Positions 11,187 to 25,946 of a stretch of 64,000 bases of DNA are shown piece after piece (the stretch's first letter is position 1; each line of letters opens with the position of its first letter). The notes beneath the pieces are model-generated. The model ran no database searches. It saw only the letters and a program-made list of their open reading frames with translations, and was not told the DNA's origin. A program made the position numbers and the translations under genes. This DNA comes from Auanema rhodensis (lineage: Eukaryota; Animalia; Nematoda), in assembly GCA_964057225.1 (NCBI GenBank), contig OZ059899.1:21328001-21392000 (forward strand). The letters are read 5' to 3'.

Positions 11187-14100
11187 TTTTAAGCTAGCGC
11201 AAATCTGATAACACAGATCGACGCAGCTTAAAAATCCCCATCGAATGCACTATACTACATTGAGAAACGCTTAATTCAAAAAATTAGTTATGATCGTTTG
11301 AAAAATGATGCCTTAGTGTATGTTGAGTTTCCATGTACACTCAACATTGCTTCCAAAAACATTTTGACAAAAATGTTTTCGAAAAATTTCAAAATAATTT
11401 AGCAAAAAGTAGATGTTTTTAGATTCCTTTTTTCAAGGCAAAGACGATGGACAATGTTATTCAACGAAAAAATTAATTCTTCAGGGTGAAAATCGAGGAT
11501 ATATGTGTGAACTTATATCAGTTGATATCTCGGTGCATTTTTAAGCTAGCGCAAATCTGATAACACAGATCGACGCAGCTTAAAAATCCGCATCGAATGC
11601 ACTATACTACATTGAGAAACGCTTAATACAAAAATTAGTTATGATCGTTTGAAAAATGATGCATTAGTGTATGTTGAGTTCCCATGTACACTCAACATTG
11701 CTTCCAAAAACATTTTGACAAAAATGTTTTCGAAAAATTTCAAAATAATTTAGCAAAAAGTAGATGTTTTTAGATTCCTTTTTTCAAGGCAAAGACGATG
11801 GACAATGTTATTCAACGAAAAAATTAATTCTTCAGGGTGAAAATCGAGGATATATGTGTGAACTTATATCAGTTGATATCTCGGTGCATTTTTAAGCTAG
11901 CGCAAATCTGATAACACAGATCGACGCAGCTTAAAAATCCGCATCGAATGCACTATACTACATTGAGAAACGCTTAATACAAAAATTAGTTATGATCGTT
12001 TGAAAAATGATGCATTAGTGTATGTTGAGTTCCCATGTACACTCAACATTGCTTTCAAAAACATTTTGACAAAAATTTTTTCGAAAAATTTCAAAATAAT
12101 TTAGCAAAAAGTAGATGTTTTTAGATTCCTTTTTTCAAGGCAAAGACGATGGACAATGTTATTCAACGAAAAAATTAATTCTTCAGGGTGAAAATCGAGG
12201 ATATATGTGTGAACTTATATCAGTTGATATCTCGGTGCATTTTTAAGCTAGCGCAAATCTATAAATACAGATCGACGCAGCTTAAAAATCCGCATCGAAT
12301 GCACTATACTACATTGAGAAACGCTTAATACAAAAATTAGTTATGATCGTTTGAAAAATGATGCCTTAGTGTATGTTGAGTTTCCATGTACACTCAACAT
12401 TGCTTCCAAAAACATTTTGACAAAAATTTTTTCGAAAAATTTCAAAATAATTTAGCAAAAAGTAGATGTTTTTAGATTCCTTTTTTCAAGGCAAAGACGA
12501 TGGACAATGTTATTCAACGAAAAAATTAATTCTTCAGGGTGAAAATCGAGGATATATGTGTGAACTTATATCAGTTGATATCTCGGTGCATTTTTAAGCT
12601 AGCGCAAATCTGATAACACAGATCGACGCAGCTTAAAAATCCGCATCGAATGCACTATACTACATTGAGAAACGCTTAATACAAAAATTAGTTATGATCG
12701 TTTGAAAAATGATGCCTTAGTGTATGTTGAGTTTCCATGTACACTCAACATTGCTTCCAAAAACATTTTGACAAAAATTTTTTCGAAAAATTTCAAAATA
12801 ATTTAGCAAAAAGTAGATGTTTTTAGATTCCTTTTTTCAAGGCAAAGACGATGGACAATGTTATTCAACGAAAAAATTAATTCTTCAGGGTGAAAATCGA
12901 GGATATATGTGTGAACTTATATCAGTTGATATCTCGGTGCATTTTTAAGCTAGCGCAAATCTGATAACACAGATCGACGCAGCTTAAAAATCCGCATCGA
13001 ATGCACTATACTACATTGAGAAACGCTTAATACAAAAATTAGTTATGATCGTTTGAAAAATGATGCCTTAGTGTATGTTGAGTTTCCATGTACACTCAAC
13101 ATTGCTTCCAAAAACATTTTGACAAAAATTTTTTCGAAAAATTTCAAAATAATTTAGCAAAAAGTAGATGTTTTAAGATTTCTTTTTTCAAGGCAAAGAC
13201 GATGGACAATGTTATTCAACAAAAAAATTAATTCTTCAGGGTGAAAATCGAGGATATAAGTGTGAACTTATATCAGTTGATATCTCGGTGCATTTTAAAG
13301 CTAGCGCAAATCTGATAACACAGATCGACGCAGCTTAAAAATTGGCATCGAATGCACTATACTACATTGAGAAACGCTTAATACAAAAATTAGTTATGAT
13401 CGTTTGAAAAATGATGCCTTAGTGTATGTTGAGTTTCCATGTACACTCAACATTGCTTCCAAAAACATTTTGACAAAAATTTTTTCGAAAAATTTCAAAA
13501 TAATTTAGCAAAAAGTAGGTGTTTTTAGATTCATTTTTTCAAGGCAAAGACGATGGACAATGTTATTCAACGAAAAAATTAATTCTTCAGGGTGAAAATC
13601 GAGGCTATAAGTGTGAACTTATATCAGTTGATATCTCGGTGCATTTTTAAGCTAGCGCAAATCTGATAACACAGATCGACGCAGCTTAAAAATCCGCATC
13701 GAATGCACTATACTACATTGAGAAACGCTTAATACAAAAATTAGTTATGATCGTTTGAAAAATGATGCATTAGTGTATGTTGAGTTTCCATGTACACTCA
13801 ACATTGCTTCCAAAAACATTTTGACAAAAATTTTTTCAAAAAATTTCAAAATAATTTAGCAAAAAGTAGATGTTTTTAGATTCCTTTTTTCAAGGCGAAG
13901 ACGATGGACAATGTTATTCAACGAAAAAATTAATTCTTCAGGGTGAAAATCGAGGATATAAGTGTGAACTTATATCAGTTGATATCTCGGTGCATTTTTA
14001 AGCTAGCGCAAATCTGATAACACAGATCGACGCAGCTTAAAAATCTCCATCGAATGCACTATACTACATTGAGAAACGCTTAATTCAAAAAATTAGTTAT

Positions 14101-17100
14101 GATCGTTTGAAAAATGATGCCTTAGTGTATGTTGAGTTTCCATGTACACTCAACATTGCTTCCAAAAACATTTTGACAAAAATTTTTTCGAAAAATTTCA
14201 AAATAATTTAGCAAAAAGTAGATGTTTTTAGATTCCTTCTTTCAAGGCAAAGACGATGGACAATGTTATTCAACGAAAAAATTAATTCTTCAGGGTGAAA
14301 ATCGAGGATATATGTGTGAACTTATATCAGTTGATATCTCGGTGCATTTTTAAGCTAGCGCAAATCTGATAACACAGATCGACGCAGCTTAAAAATCCGC
14401 ATCGAATGCACTATACTACATTGAGAAACGCTTAATACAAAAATTAGTTATGATCGTTTGAAAAATGATGCATTAGTGTATGTTGAGTTTCCATGTACAC
14501 TCAACATTGCTTCCAAAAACATTTTGACAAAAATTTTTTCGAAAAATTTCAAAATAATTTAGCAAAAAGTAGATGTTTTTAGATTCCTTTTTTCAAGGCA
14601 AAGACGATGGACAATGTTATTCAACGAAAAAATTAATTCTTCAGGGTGAAAATCGAGGATATATGTGTGAACTTATATCAGTTGATATCTCGGTGCATTT
14701 TTAAGCTAGCGCAAATCTATAAATACAGATCGACGCAGCTTAAAAATCCGCATTGAATGCACTATACTACATTGAGAAACGCTTAATACAAAAATTAGTT
14801 ATGATCGTTTGAAAAATGATGCCTTAGTGTATGTTGAGTTTCCATGTACACTCAACATTGCTTCCAAAAACATTTTGACAAAAATTTTTTCGAAAAATTT
14901 CAAAATAATTTAGCAAAAAGTAGATGTTTTTAGATTCCTTTTTTCAAGGCAAAGACGATAGACAATGTTATTCAACGAAAAAATTAATTCTTCAGGGTGA
15001 AAATCGAGGATATATGTGTGAACTTATATCAGTTGATATCTCGGTGCATTTTTAAGCTAGCGCAAATCTGATAACACAGATCGACGCAGCTTAAAAATCC
15101 GCATCGAATGCACTATACTACATTGAGAAACGCTTAATACAAAAATTAGTTATGATCGTTTGAAAAATGATGCATTAGTGTATGTTGAGTTTCCATGTAC
15201 ACTCAACATTGCTTCCAAAAACATTTTGACAAAAATTTTTTCAAAAAATTTCAAAATAATTTAGCAAAAAGTAGATGTTTTTAGATTCCTTTTTTCAAGG
15301 CGAAGACGATGGACAATGTTATTCAACGAAAAAATTAATTCTTCAGGGTGAAAATCGAGGATATATGTGTGAACTTATATCAGTTGATATCTCGGTGCAT
15401 TTTTAAGCTAGCGCAAATCTGATAACACAGATCGACGCAGCTTAAAAATCCGCATCGAATGCACTATACTACATTGAGAAACGCTTAATACAAAAATTAG
15501 TTATGATCGTTTGAAAAATGATGCATTAGTGTATGTTGAGTTTCCATGTACACTCAACATTGCTTCCAAAAACATTTTGACAAAAATTTTTTCAAAAAAT
15601 TTCAAAATAATTTAGCAAAAAGTAGATGTTTTTAGATTCCTTTTTTCAAGGCGAAGACGATGGACAATGTTATTCAACGAAAAAATTAATTCTTCAGGGT
15701 GAAAATCGAGGATATAAGTGTGAACTTATATCAGTTGATATCTCGGTGCATTTTTAAGCTAGCGCAAATCTGATAACACAGATCGACGCAGCTTAAAAAT
15801 CCGCATCGAATGCACTATACTACATTGAGAAACGCTTAATACAAAAATTAGTTATGATCGTTTGAAAAATGATGCATTAGTGTATGTTGAGTTCCCATGT
15901 ACACTCAACATTGCTTCCAAAAACATTTTGACAAAAATTTTTTCGAAAAATTTCAAAATAATTTAGCAAAAAGTAGATGTTTTTAGATTCCTTTTTTCAA
16001 GGCAAAGACGATGGACAATGTTATTCAACGAAAAAATTAATTCTTCAGGGTGAAAATCGAGGATATATGTGTGAACTTATATCAGTTGATATCTCGGTGC
16101 ATTTTTAAGCTAGCGCAAATCTATAAATACAGATCGACGCAGCTTAAAAATCCGCATCGAATGCACTATACTACATTGAGAAACGCTTAATACAAAAATT
16201 AGTTATGATCGTTTGAAAAATGATGCCTTAGTGTATGTTGAGTTTCCATGTACACTCAACATTGCTTCCAAAAACATTTTGACAAAAATTTTTTCGAAAA
16301 ATTTCAAAATAATTTAGCAAAAAGTAGATGTTTTTAGATTCCTTTTTTCAAGGCAAAGACGATGGACAATGTTATTCAACGAAAAAATTAATTCTTCAGG
16401 GTGAAAATCGAGGATATATGTGTGAACTTATATCAGTTGATATCTCGGTGCATTTTTAAGCTAGCGCAAATCTGATAACACAGATCGACGCAGCTTAAAA
16501 ATCCGCATCGAATGCACTATACTACATTGAGAAACGCTTAATACAAAAATTAGTTATGATCGTTTGAAAAATGATGCCTTAGTGTATGTTGAGTTTCCAT
16601 GTACACTCAACATTGCTTCCAAAAACATTTTGACAAAAATTTTTTCGAAAAATTTCAAAATAATTTAGCAAAAAGTAGATGTTTTAAGATTTCTTTTTTC
16701 AAGGCAAAGACGATGGACAATGTTATTCAACAAAAAAATTAATTCTTCAGGGTGAAAATCGAGGATATAAGTGTGAACTTATATCAGTTGATATCTCGGT
16801 GCATTTTAAAGCTAGCGCAAATCTGATAACACAGATCGACGCAGCTTAAAAATTGGCATCGAATGCACTATACTACATTGAGAAACGCTTAATACAAAAA
16901 TTAGTTATGATCGTTTGAAAAATGATGCCTTAGTGTATGTTGAGTTTCCATGTACACTCAACATTGCTTCCAAAAACATTTTGACAAAAATTTTTTCGAA
17001 AAATTTCAAAATAATTTAGCAAAAAGTAGGTGTTTTTAGATTCATTTTTTCAAGGCAAAGACGATGGACAATGTTATTCAACGAAAAAATTAATTCTTCA

Positions 17101-20100
17101 GGGTGAAAATCGAGGCTATAAGTGTGAACTTATATCAGTTGATATCTCGGTGCATTTTTAAGCTAGCGCAAATCTGATAACACAGATCGACGCAGCTTAA
17201 AAATCCGCATCGAATGCACTATACTACATTGAGAAACGCTTAATACAAAAATTAGTTATGATCGTTTGAAAAATGATGCATTAGTGTATGTTGAGTTTCC
17301 ATGTACACTCAACATTGCTTCCAAAAACATTTTGACAAAAATTTTTTCGAAAAATTTCAAAATAATTTAGCAAAAAGTAGGTGTTTTTAGATTCATTTTT
17401 TCAAGGCAAAGACGATGGACAATGTTATTCAACGAAAAAATTAATTCTTCAGGGTGAAAATCGAGGATATATGTGTGAACTTATATCAGTTGATATCTCG
17501 GTGCATTTTTAAGCTAGCGCAAATCTGATAACACAGATCGACGCAGCTTAAAAATTGGCATCGAATGCACTATACTACATTGAGAAACGCTTAATACAAA
17601 AATTAGTTATGATCGTTTGAAAAATGATGCCTTAGTGTATGTTGAGTTTCCATGTACACTCAACATTGCTTCCAAAAACATTTTGACAAAAATTTTTTCG
17701 AAAAATTTCAAAATAATTTAGCAAAAAGTAGGTGTTTTTAGATTCATTTTTTCAAGGCAAAGACGATGGACAATGTTATTCAACGAAAAAATTAATTCTT
17801 CAGGGTGAAAATCGAGGCTATAAGTGTGAACTTATATCAGTTGATATCTCGGTGCATTTTTAAGCTAGCGCAAATCTGATAACACAGATCGACGCAGCTT
17901 AAAAATCCGCATCGAATGCACTATACTACATTGAGAAACGCTTAATACAAAAATTAGTTATGATCGTTTGAAAAATGATGCATTAGTGTATGTTGAGTTT
18001 CCATGTACACTCAACATTGCTTCCAAAAACATTTTGACAAAAATTTTTTCAAAAAATTTCAAAATAATTTAGCAAAAAGTAGATGTTTTTAGATTCCTTT
18101 TTTCAAGGCGAAGACGATGGACAATGTTATTCAACGAAAAAATTAATTCTTCAGGGTGAAAATCGAGGATATAAGTGTGAACTTATATCAGTTGATATCT
18201 CGGTGCATTTTTAAGCTAGCGCAAATCTGATAACACAGATCGACGCAGCTTAAAAATCCCCATCGAATGCACTATACTACATTGAGAAACGCTTAATTCA
18301 AAAAATTAGTTATGATCGTTTGAAAAATGATGCCTTAGTGTATGTTGAGTTTCCATGTACACTCAACATTGCTTCCAAAAACATTTTGACAAAAATTTTT
18401 TCGAAAAATTTCAAAATAATTTAGCAAAAAGTAGATGTTTTTAGATTCCTTCTTTCAAGGCAAAGACGATGGACAATGTTATTCAACGAAAAAATTAATT
18501 CTTCAGGGTGAAAATCGAGGATATATGTGTGAACTTATATCAGTTGATATCTCGGTGCATTTTTAAGCTAGCGCAAATCTGATAACACAGATCGACGCAG
18601 CTTAAAAATCCGCATCGAATGCACTATACTACATTGAGAAACGCTTAATACAAAAATTAGTTATTATCGTTTGAAAAATGATGCATTAGTGTATGTTGAG
18701 TTTCCATGTACACTCAACATTGCTTCCAAAAACATTTTGACAAAAATTTTTTCGAAAAATTTCAAAATAATTTAGCAAAAAGTAGATGTTTTTAGATTCC
18801 TTTTTTCAAGGCAAAGACGATGGACAATGTTATTCAACGAAAAAATTAATTCTTCAGGGTGAAAATCGAGGATATATGTGTGAACTTATATCAGTTGATA
18901 TCTCGGTGCATTTTTAAGCTAGCGCAAATCTGATAACACAGATCGACGCAGCTTAAAAATCCGCATCGAATGCACTATACTACATTAAGAAACGCTTAAT
19001 ACAAAAATTAGTTATGATCGTTTGAAAAATGATGCATTAGTGTATGTTGAGTTTCCATGTACACTCAACATTGCTTCCAAAAACATTTTGACAAAAATTT
19101 TTTCAAAAAATTTCAGAATAATTTAGCAAAAAGTAGATGTTTTTAGATTCCTTTTTTCAAGGCGAAGACGATGGACAATGTTATTCAACGAAAAAATTAA
19201 TTCTTCAGGGTGAAAATCGAGGATATATGTGTGAACTTATATCAGTTGATATCTCGGTGCATTTTTAAGCTAGCGCAAATCTGATAACACAGATCGACGC
19301 AGCTTAAAAATCCGCATCGAATGCACTATACTACATTGAGAAACGCTTAATACAAAAATTAGTTATGATTGTTTGAAAAATGATGCATTAGTGTATGTTG
19401 AGTTTCCATGTACACTCAACATTGCTTCCAAAAACATTTTGACAAAAATTTTTTCAAAAAATTTCAAAATAATTTAGCAAAAAGTAGATGTTTTTAGATT
19501 CCTTTTTTCAAGGCGAAGACGATGGACAATGTTATTCAACGAAAAAATTAATTCTTCAGGGTGAAAATCGAGGATATAAGTGTGAACTTATATCAGTTGA
19601 TATCTCGGTGCATTTTCAAGCTAGCGCAAATCTGATAACACAGATCGACGCAGCTTAAAAATCCGCATCGAATGCACTATACTACATTGAGAAACGCTTA
19701 ATACAAAAATTAGTTATGATCGTTTGAAAAATGATGCCTTAGTGTATGTTGAGTTTCCATGTACACTCAACATTGCTTCCAAAAACATTTTGACAAAAAT
19801 TTTTTCGAAAAATTTCAAAATAATTTAGCAAAAAGTAGATGTTTTTAGATTCCTTTTTTCAAGGCGAAGACGATGGACAATGTTATTCAACAAAAAAATT
19901 AATTCTTCAGGGTGAAAATCGAGGATATATGTGTGAACTTATATCAGTTGATATCTCGGTGCATTTTTAAGCTAGCGCAAATCTGATAACACAGATCGAC
20001 GTAGCTTAAAAATCCCCATCGAATGCACTATACTACATTGAGAAACGCTTAATACAAAAATTAGCTATGATCGTTTGAAAAATGATGCATTAGTGTATGT

Positions 20101-21538
20101 TGAGTTTCCATGTACACTCAACATTGCTTCCAAAAACATTTTGACAAAAATTTTTTCGAAAAATTTCAAATTAATTTAGCAAAAAGTAGATGTTTTTAGA
20201 TTCCTTTTTTCAAGGCAAAGACGATGGACAATGTTATTCAACAAAAAAATTAATTCTTCAGGGTGAAAATCGAGGATATATGTGTGAACTTATATCAGTT
20301 GATATCTCGGTGCATTTTTAAGCTAGCGCAAATCTGATAACACAGATCGACGCAGCTTAAAAATCCGCATCGAATGCACCATACTACATTAAGAAACGCT
20401 TTATACAAAAATTAGTTATGATCGTTTGAAAAATGATGCATTAGTGTATGTTGAGTTTCCATGTACACTAACATTGCTTCCAAAAACATTTTGACAAAAA
20501 TTTTTTCAAAAAATTTCAAAATAATTTAGCAAAAAGTAGATGTTTTTAGATTCCTTTTTTCAAGGCGAAGACGATGGACAATGTTATTCAACGAAAAAAT
20601 TAATTCTTCAGGGTGAAAATCGAGGATATAAGTGTGAACTTATATCAGTTGATATCTCGGTGCATTTTTAAGCTAGCGCAAATCTGATAACACAGATCGA
20701 CGTAGCTTAAAAATCCCCATCGAATGCACTATACTACATTGAGAAACGCTTAATACAAAAATTAGTTATGATCGTTTGAAAAATGATGCATTAGTGTATG
20801 TTGAGTTTCCATGTACACTCAACATTGCTTCCAAAAACATTTTGACAAAAATTTTTTCGAAAAATTTCAAAATAATTTAGCAAAAAGTAGATGTTTTTAG
20901 ATTCCTTTTTTCAAGGCAAAGACGATGGACAATGTTATTCAACGAGAAAATTAATTCTTCAGGGTGAAAATCGAGGATATATGTGTGAACTTATATCAGT
21001 TGATATCTCGGTGCATTTTTAAGCTAGCGCAAATCTGATAACACAGATCGACGCAGCTTAAAAATCCGCATCGAATGCACTATACTACATTGAGAAACGC
21101 TTAATACAAAAATTAGTTATGATCGTTTGAAAAATGATGCATTAGTGTATGTTGAGTTTCCATGTACACTCAACATTGCTTCCAAAAACATTTTGACAAA
21201 AATTTTTTCAAAAAATTTCAAAATAATTTAGCAAAAAGTAGATGTTTTTAGATTCCTTTTTTCAAGGCAAAGACGATGGACAATGTTATTCAACAAAAAA
21301 ATTAATTCTTCAGGGTGAAAATCGAGGATATATGTGTGAACTTATATCAGTTGATATCTCGGTGCATTTTTAAGCTAGCGCAAATCTAATAATACAGATC
21401 GACGCAGCTTAAAAATCCGCATCGAATGCACTATACTCATTGAGAAACGCTTGATACAAAAATTAGTTATGATCGTTTGAAAAATGATGCATTAGTGTAT
21501 GTTGAGTTTCCATGTACACTCAACATTGCTTCCAAAAA
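11187..21538. repeat. SatA 351-bp satellite, ~29 monomers
   Basis: Continuous 351-bp period. Confidence 0.98.
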
Positions 21539-22540
21539 GAAGCGAGTTACATACCAAGTGCACATCACGTGTACATTTAATTAGCATAAATTAAAGTTCA
21601 CGTAAATTTCAAAGTCATGGTTACCATGAACCAATATTAATAAAAATTTGTTTTTAGACTAATATGGACATGGGGAATCTAATTTTGATAACCGCATCTC
21701 TTTATCTTTCACGTGAAGCGAGTTACATACCAAGTGCACATCACGTGTACATTTAATTAGCATAAATTAAAGTTCACGTAAATTTCAAAGTCATAGTTAC
21801 CATGCACCAATATCAATAAAAATTTGTTTTTAGACTAATATGGACATGGCGAATCTAATTTTGAAAACCGCATCTCTTTATTTTTCACGTGAAGCGAGTT
21901 ACATACCAAGTGCACATCACGTGTACATTTAATTAGCATAAATTAAAGTTCACGTAAATTTCAAAGTCATGGTTACCATGAACCAATATCAATAAAAATT
22001 TGTTTTCAGACTAATATGGACATGGGAAATCTAATTTTGAAAACCGCATCTCTTTATCTTTCACGTGAAGCGAGTTACATACCAAGTGCACTTCACGTGT
22101 ACATTTAATTAGCATAAATTAAAGTTCACGTAAATTTCAAAGTCATGGTTACCAAGCACCAATATCAATAAAAATTTGTTTTTAGACTAATATGGACATG
22201 GGGAATCTAATTTTGAAAACCGCATCTCTTTATCTTTCACGTGAAGCGAGTTACATACCAAGTGCACTTCACGTGTACATTTAATTAGCATAAATTAAAG
22301 TTCACGTAAATTTCAAAGTCATGGTTACCATGCACCAATATCAATAAAAATTTGTTTTTAGACTAATATGGACATGGGGAATCTAATTTCGAAAACCGCA
22401 TCTCTTTATCTTTCACGTGAAGCGAGTTACATACCAAGTGCACATCACGTGTACATTTAATTAGCATAAATTAAAGTTCACGTAAATTTCAAAGTCATGG
22501 TTACCATGCACCAATATCAATAAAAATTTGTTTTTAGACT
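21539..22540. repeat. SatB island 3 (5.7 monomers, 1002 bp)
   Basis: Same junctions. Derived variants AATATTAAT, GTCATAGTT, GGGAAATC and ACCAAGCAC. Confidence 0.98.
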
Positions 22541-22543
22541 GAG

Positions 22544-23066
22544 TTTTAAGCTAGCGCAAATCTGATAACACAGATCGACGCAGCTTAAAAATCCCCATCG
22601 AATGCACTATACTACATTAAGAAACGCTTAATTCAAAAAATTAGTTATGATCGTTTGAAAAATGATGCCTTAGTGTATGTTGAGTTTCCATGTACACTCA
22701 ACATTGCTTGCAAAAACATTTTGACAAAAATGTTTTCGAAAAATTTCAAAATAATTTAGCAAAAAGTAGATGTTTTTAGATTCCTTTTTTCAAGGCAAAG
22801 ACGATGGACAATGTTATTCAACGAAAAAATTAATTCTTCAGGGTGAAAATCGAGGATATAAGTGTGAACTTATATCAGTTGATATCTCGGTGCATTTTTA
22901 AGCTAGCGCAAATCTAATAATACAGATCGACGCAGCTTAAAAATCCGCATCGAATGCACTATACTCATTGAGAAACGCTTGATACAAAAATTAGTTATGA
23001 TCGTTTGAAAAATGATGCATTAGTGTATGTTGAGTTTCCATGTACACTCAACATTGCTTCCAAAAA
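22544..23066. repeat. SatA spacer (~1.5 monomers, 523 bp)
   Basis: Matches 23368-23890 and 25424-25946, including the rare CATTAAG and CTTGCAAA variants. Confidence 0.96.
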
Positions 23067-23364
23067 GAAGCGAGTTACATACCAAGTGCACATCACGTGT
23101 ACATTTAATTAGCATAAATTAAAGTTCACGTAAATTTCAAAGTCATGGTTACCATGAACCAATATTAATAAAAATTTGTTTTTAGACTAATATGGACATG
23201 GGGAATCTAATTTTGATAACCGCATCTCTTTATCTTTCACGTGAAGCGAGTTACATACCAAGTGCACATCACGTGTACATTTAATTAGCATAAATTAAAG
23301 TTCACGTAAATTTCAAAGTCATGGTTACCATGCACCAATATCAATAAAAATTTGTTTTTAGACT
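23067..23364. repeat. SatB island 4 (1.7 monomers, 298 bp; contracted)
   Basis: 176+122 bp with the same junctions. Confidence 0.97.
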
Positions 23365-23367
23365 GAG

Positions 23368-23890
23368 TTTTAAGCTAGCGCAAATCTGATAACACAGATC
23401 GACGCAGCTTAAAAATCCCCATCGAATGCACTATACTACATTAAGAAACGCTTAATTCAAAAAATTAGTTATGATCGTTTGAAAAATGATGCCTTAGTGT
23501 ATGTTGAGTTTCCATGTACACTCAACATTGCTTGCAAAAACATTTTGACAAAAATGTTTTCGAAAAATTTCAAAATAATTTAGCAAAAAGTAGATGTTTT
23601 TAGATTCCTTTTTTCAAGGCAAAGACGATGGACAATGTTATTCAACGAAAAAATTAATTCTTCAGGGTGAAAATCGAGGATATAAGTGTGAACTTATATC
23701 AGTTGATATCTCGGTGCATTTTTAAGCTAGCGCAAATCTAATAATACAGATCGACGCAGCTTAAAAATCCGCATCGAATGCACTATACTCATTGAGAAAC
23801 GCTTGATACAAAAATTAGTTATGATCGTTTGAAAAATGATGCATTAGTGTATGTTGAGTTTCCATGTACACTCAACATTGCTTCCAAAAA
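23368..23890. repeat. SatA spacer (523 bp)
   Basis: Copy of 22544-23066. Confidence 0.96.
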
Positions 23891-25420
23891 GAAGCGAGTT
23901 ACATACCAAGTGCACATCACGTGTACATTTAATTAGCATAAATTAAAGTTCACGTAAATTTCAAAGTCATGGTTACCATGAACCAATATTAATAAAAATT
24001 TGTTTTTAGACTAATATGGACATGGGGAATCTAATTTTGATAACCGCATCTCTTTATCTTTCACGTGAAGCGAGTTACATACCAAGTGCACATCACGTGT
24101 ACATTTAATTAGCATAAATTAAAGTTCACGTAAATTTCAAAGTCATAGTTACCATGCACCAATATCAATAAAAATTTGTTTTTAGACTAATATGGACATG
24201 GCGAATCTAATTTTGAAAACCGCATCTCTTTATTTTTCACGTGAAGCGAGTTACATACCAAGTGCACATCACGTGTACATTTAATTAGCATAAATTAAAG
24301 TTCACGTAAATTTCAAAGTCATGGTTACCATGAACCAATATCAATAAAAATTTGTTTTCAGACTAATATGGACATGGGAAATCTAATTTTGAAAACCGCA
24401 TCTCTTTATCTTTCACGTGAAGCGAGTTACATACCAAGTGCACTTCACGTGTACATTTAATTAGCATAAATTAAAGTTCACGTAAATTTCAAAGTCATGG
24501 TTACCAAGCACCAATATCAATAAAAATTTGTTTTTAGACTAATATGGACATGGGGAATCTAATTTTGATAACCGCATCTCTTTATCTTTCACGTGAAGCG
24601 AGTTACATACCAAGTGCACATCACGTGTACATTTAATTAGCATAAATTAAAGTTCACGTAAATTTCAAAGTCATAGTTACCATGCACCAATATCAATAAA
24701 AATTTGTTTTTAGACTAATATGGACATGGCGAATCTAATTTTGAAAACCGCATCTCTTTATTTTTCACGTGAAGCGAGTTACATACCAAGTGCACATCAC
24801 GTGTACATTTAATTAGCATAAATTAAAGTTCACGTAAATTTCAAAGTCATGGTTACCATGAACCAATATCAATAAAAATTTGTTTTCAGACTAATATGGA
24901 CATGGGAAATCTAATTTTGAAAACCGCATCTCTTTATCTTTCACGTGAAGCGAGTTACATACCAAGTGCACTTCACGTGTACATTTAATTAGCATAAATT
25001 AAAGTTCACGTAAATTTCAAAGTCATGGTTACCAAGCACCAATATCAATAAAAATTTGTTTTTAGACTAATATGGACATGGGGAATCTAATTTTGAAAAC
25101 CGCATCTCTTTATCTTTCACGTGAAGCGAGTTACATACCAAGTGCACTTCACGTGTACATTTAATTAGCATAAATTAAAGTTCACGTAAATTTCAAAGTC
25201 ATGGTTACCATGCACCAATATCAATAAAAATTTGTTTTTAGACTAATATGGACATGGGGAATCTAATTTCGAAAACCGCATCTCTTTATCTTTCACGTGA
25301 AGCGAGTTACATACCAAGTGCACATCACGTGTACATTTAATTAGCATAAATTAAAGTTCACGTAAATTTCAAAGTCATGGTTACCATGCACCAATATCAA
25401 TAAAAATTTGTTTTTAGACT
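23891..25420. repeat. SatB island 5 (8.7 monomers, 1530 bp; expanded)
   Basis: 8x176+122 bp with the same junctions. Confidence 0.97.
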
Positions 25421-25423
25421 GAG

Positions 25424-25946
25424 TTTTAAGCTAGCGCAAATCTGATAACACAGATCGACGCAGCTTAAAAATCCCCATCGAATGCACTATACTACATTAA
25501 GAAACGCTTAATTCAAAAAATTAGTTATGATCGTTTGAAAAATGATGCCTTAGTGTATGTTGAGTTTCCATGTACACTCAACATTGCTTGCAAAAACATT
25601 TTGACAAAAATGTTTTCGAAAAATTTCAAAATAATTTAGCAAAAAGTAGATGTTTTTAGATTCCTTTTTTCAAGGCAAAGACGATGGACAATGTTATTCA
25701 ACGAAAAAATTAATTCTTCAGGGTGAAAATCGAGGATATAAGTGTGAACTTATATCAGTTGATATCTCGGTGCATTTTTAAGCTAGCGCAAATCTAATAA
25801 TACAGATCGACGCAGCTTAAAAATCCGCATCGAATGCACTATACTCATTGAGAAACGCTTGATACAAAAATTAGTTATGATCGTTTGAAAAATGATGCAT
25901 TAGTGTATGTTGAGTTTCCATGTACACTCAACATTGCTTCCAAAAA
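25424..25946. repeat. SatA spacer (523 bp)
   Basis: Copy of 22544-23066. Confidence 0.96.
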
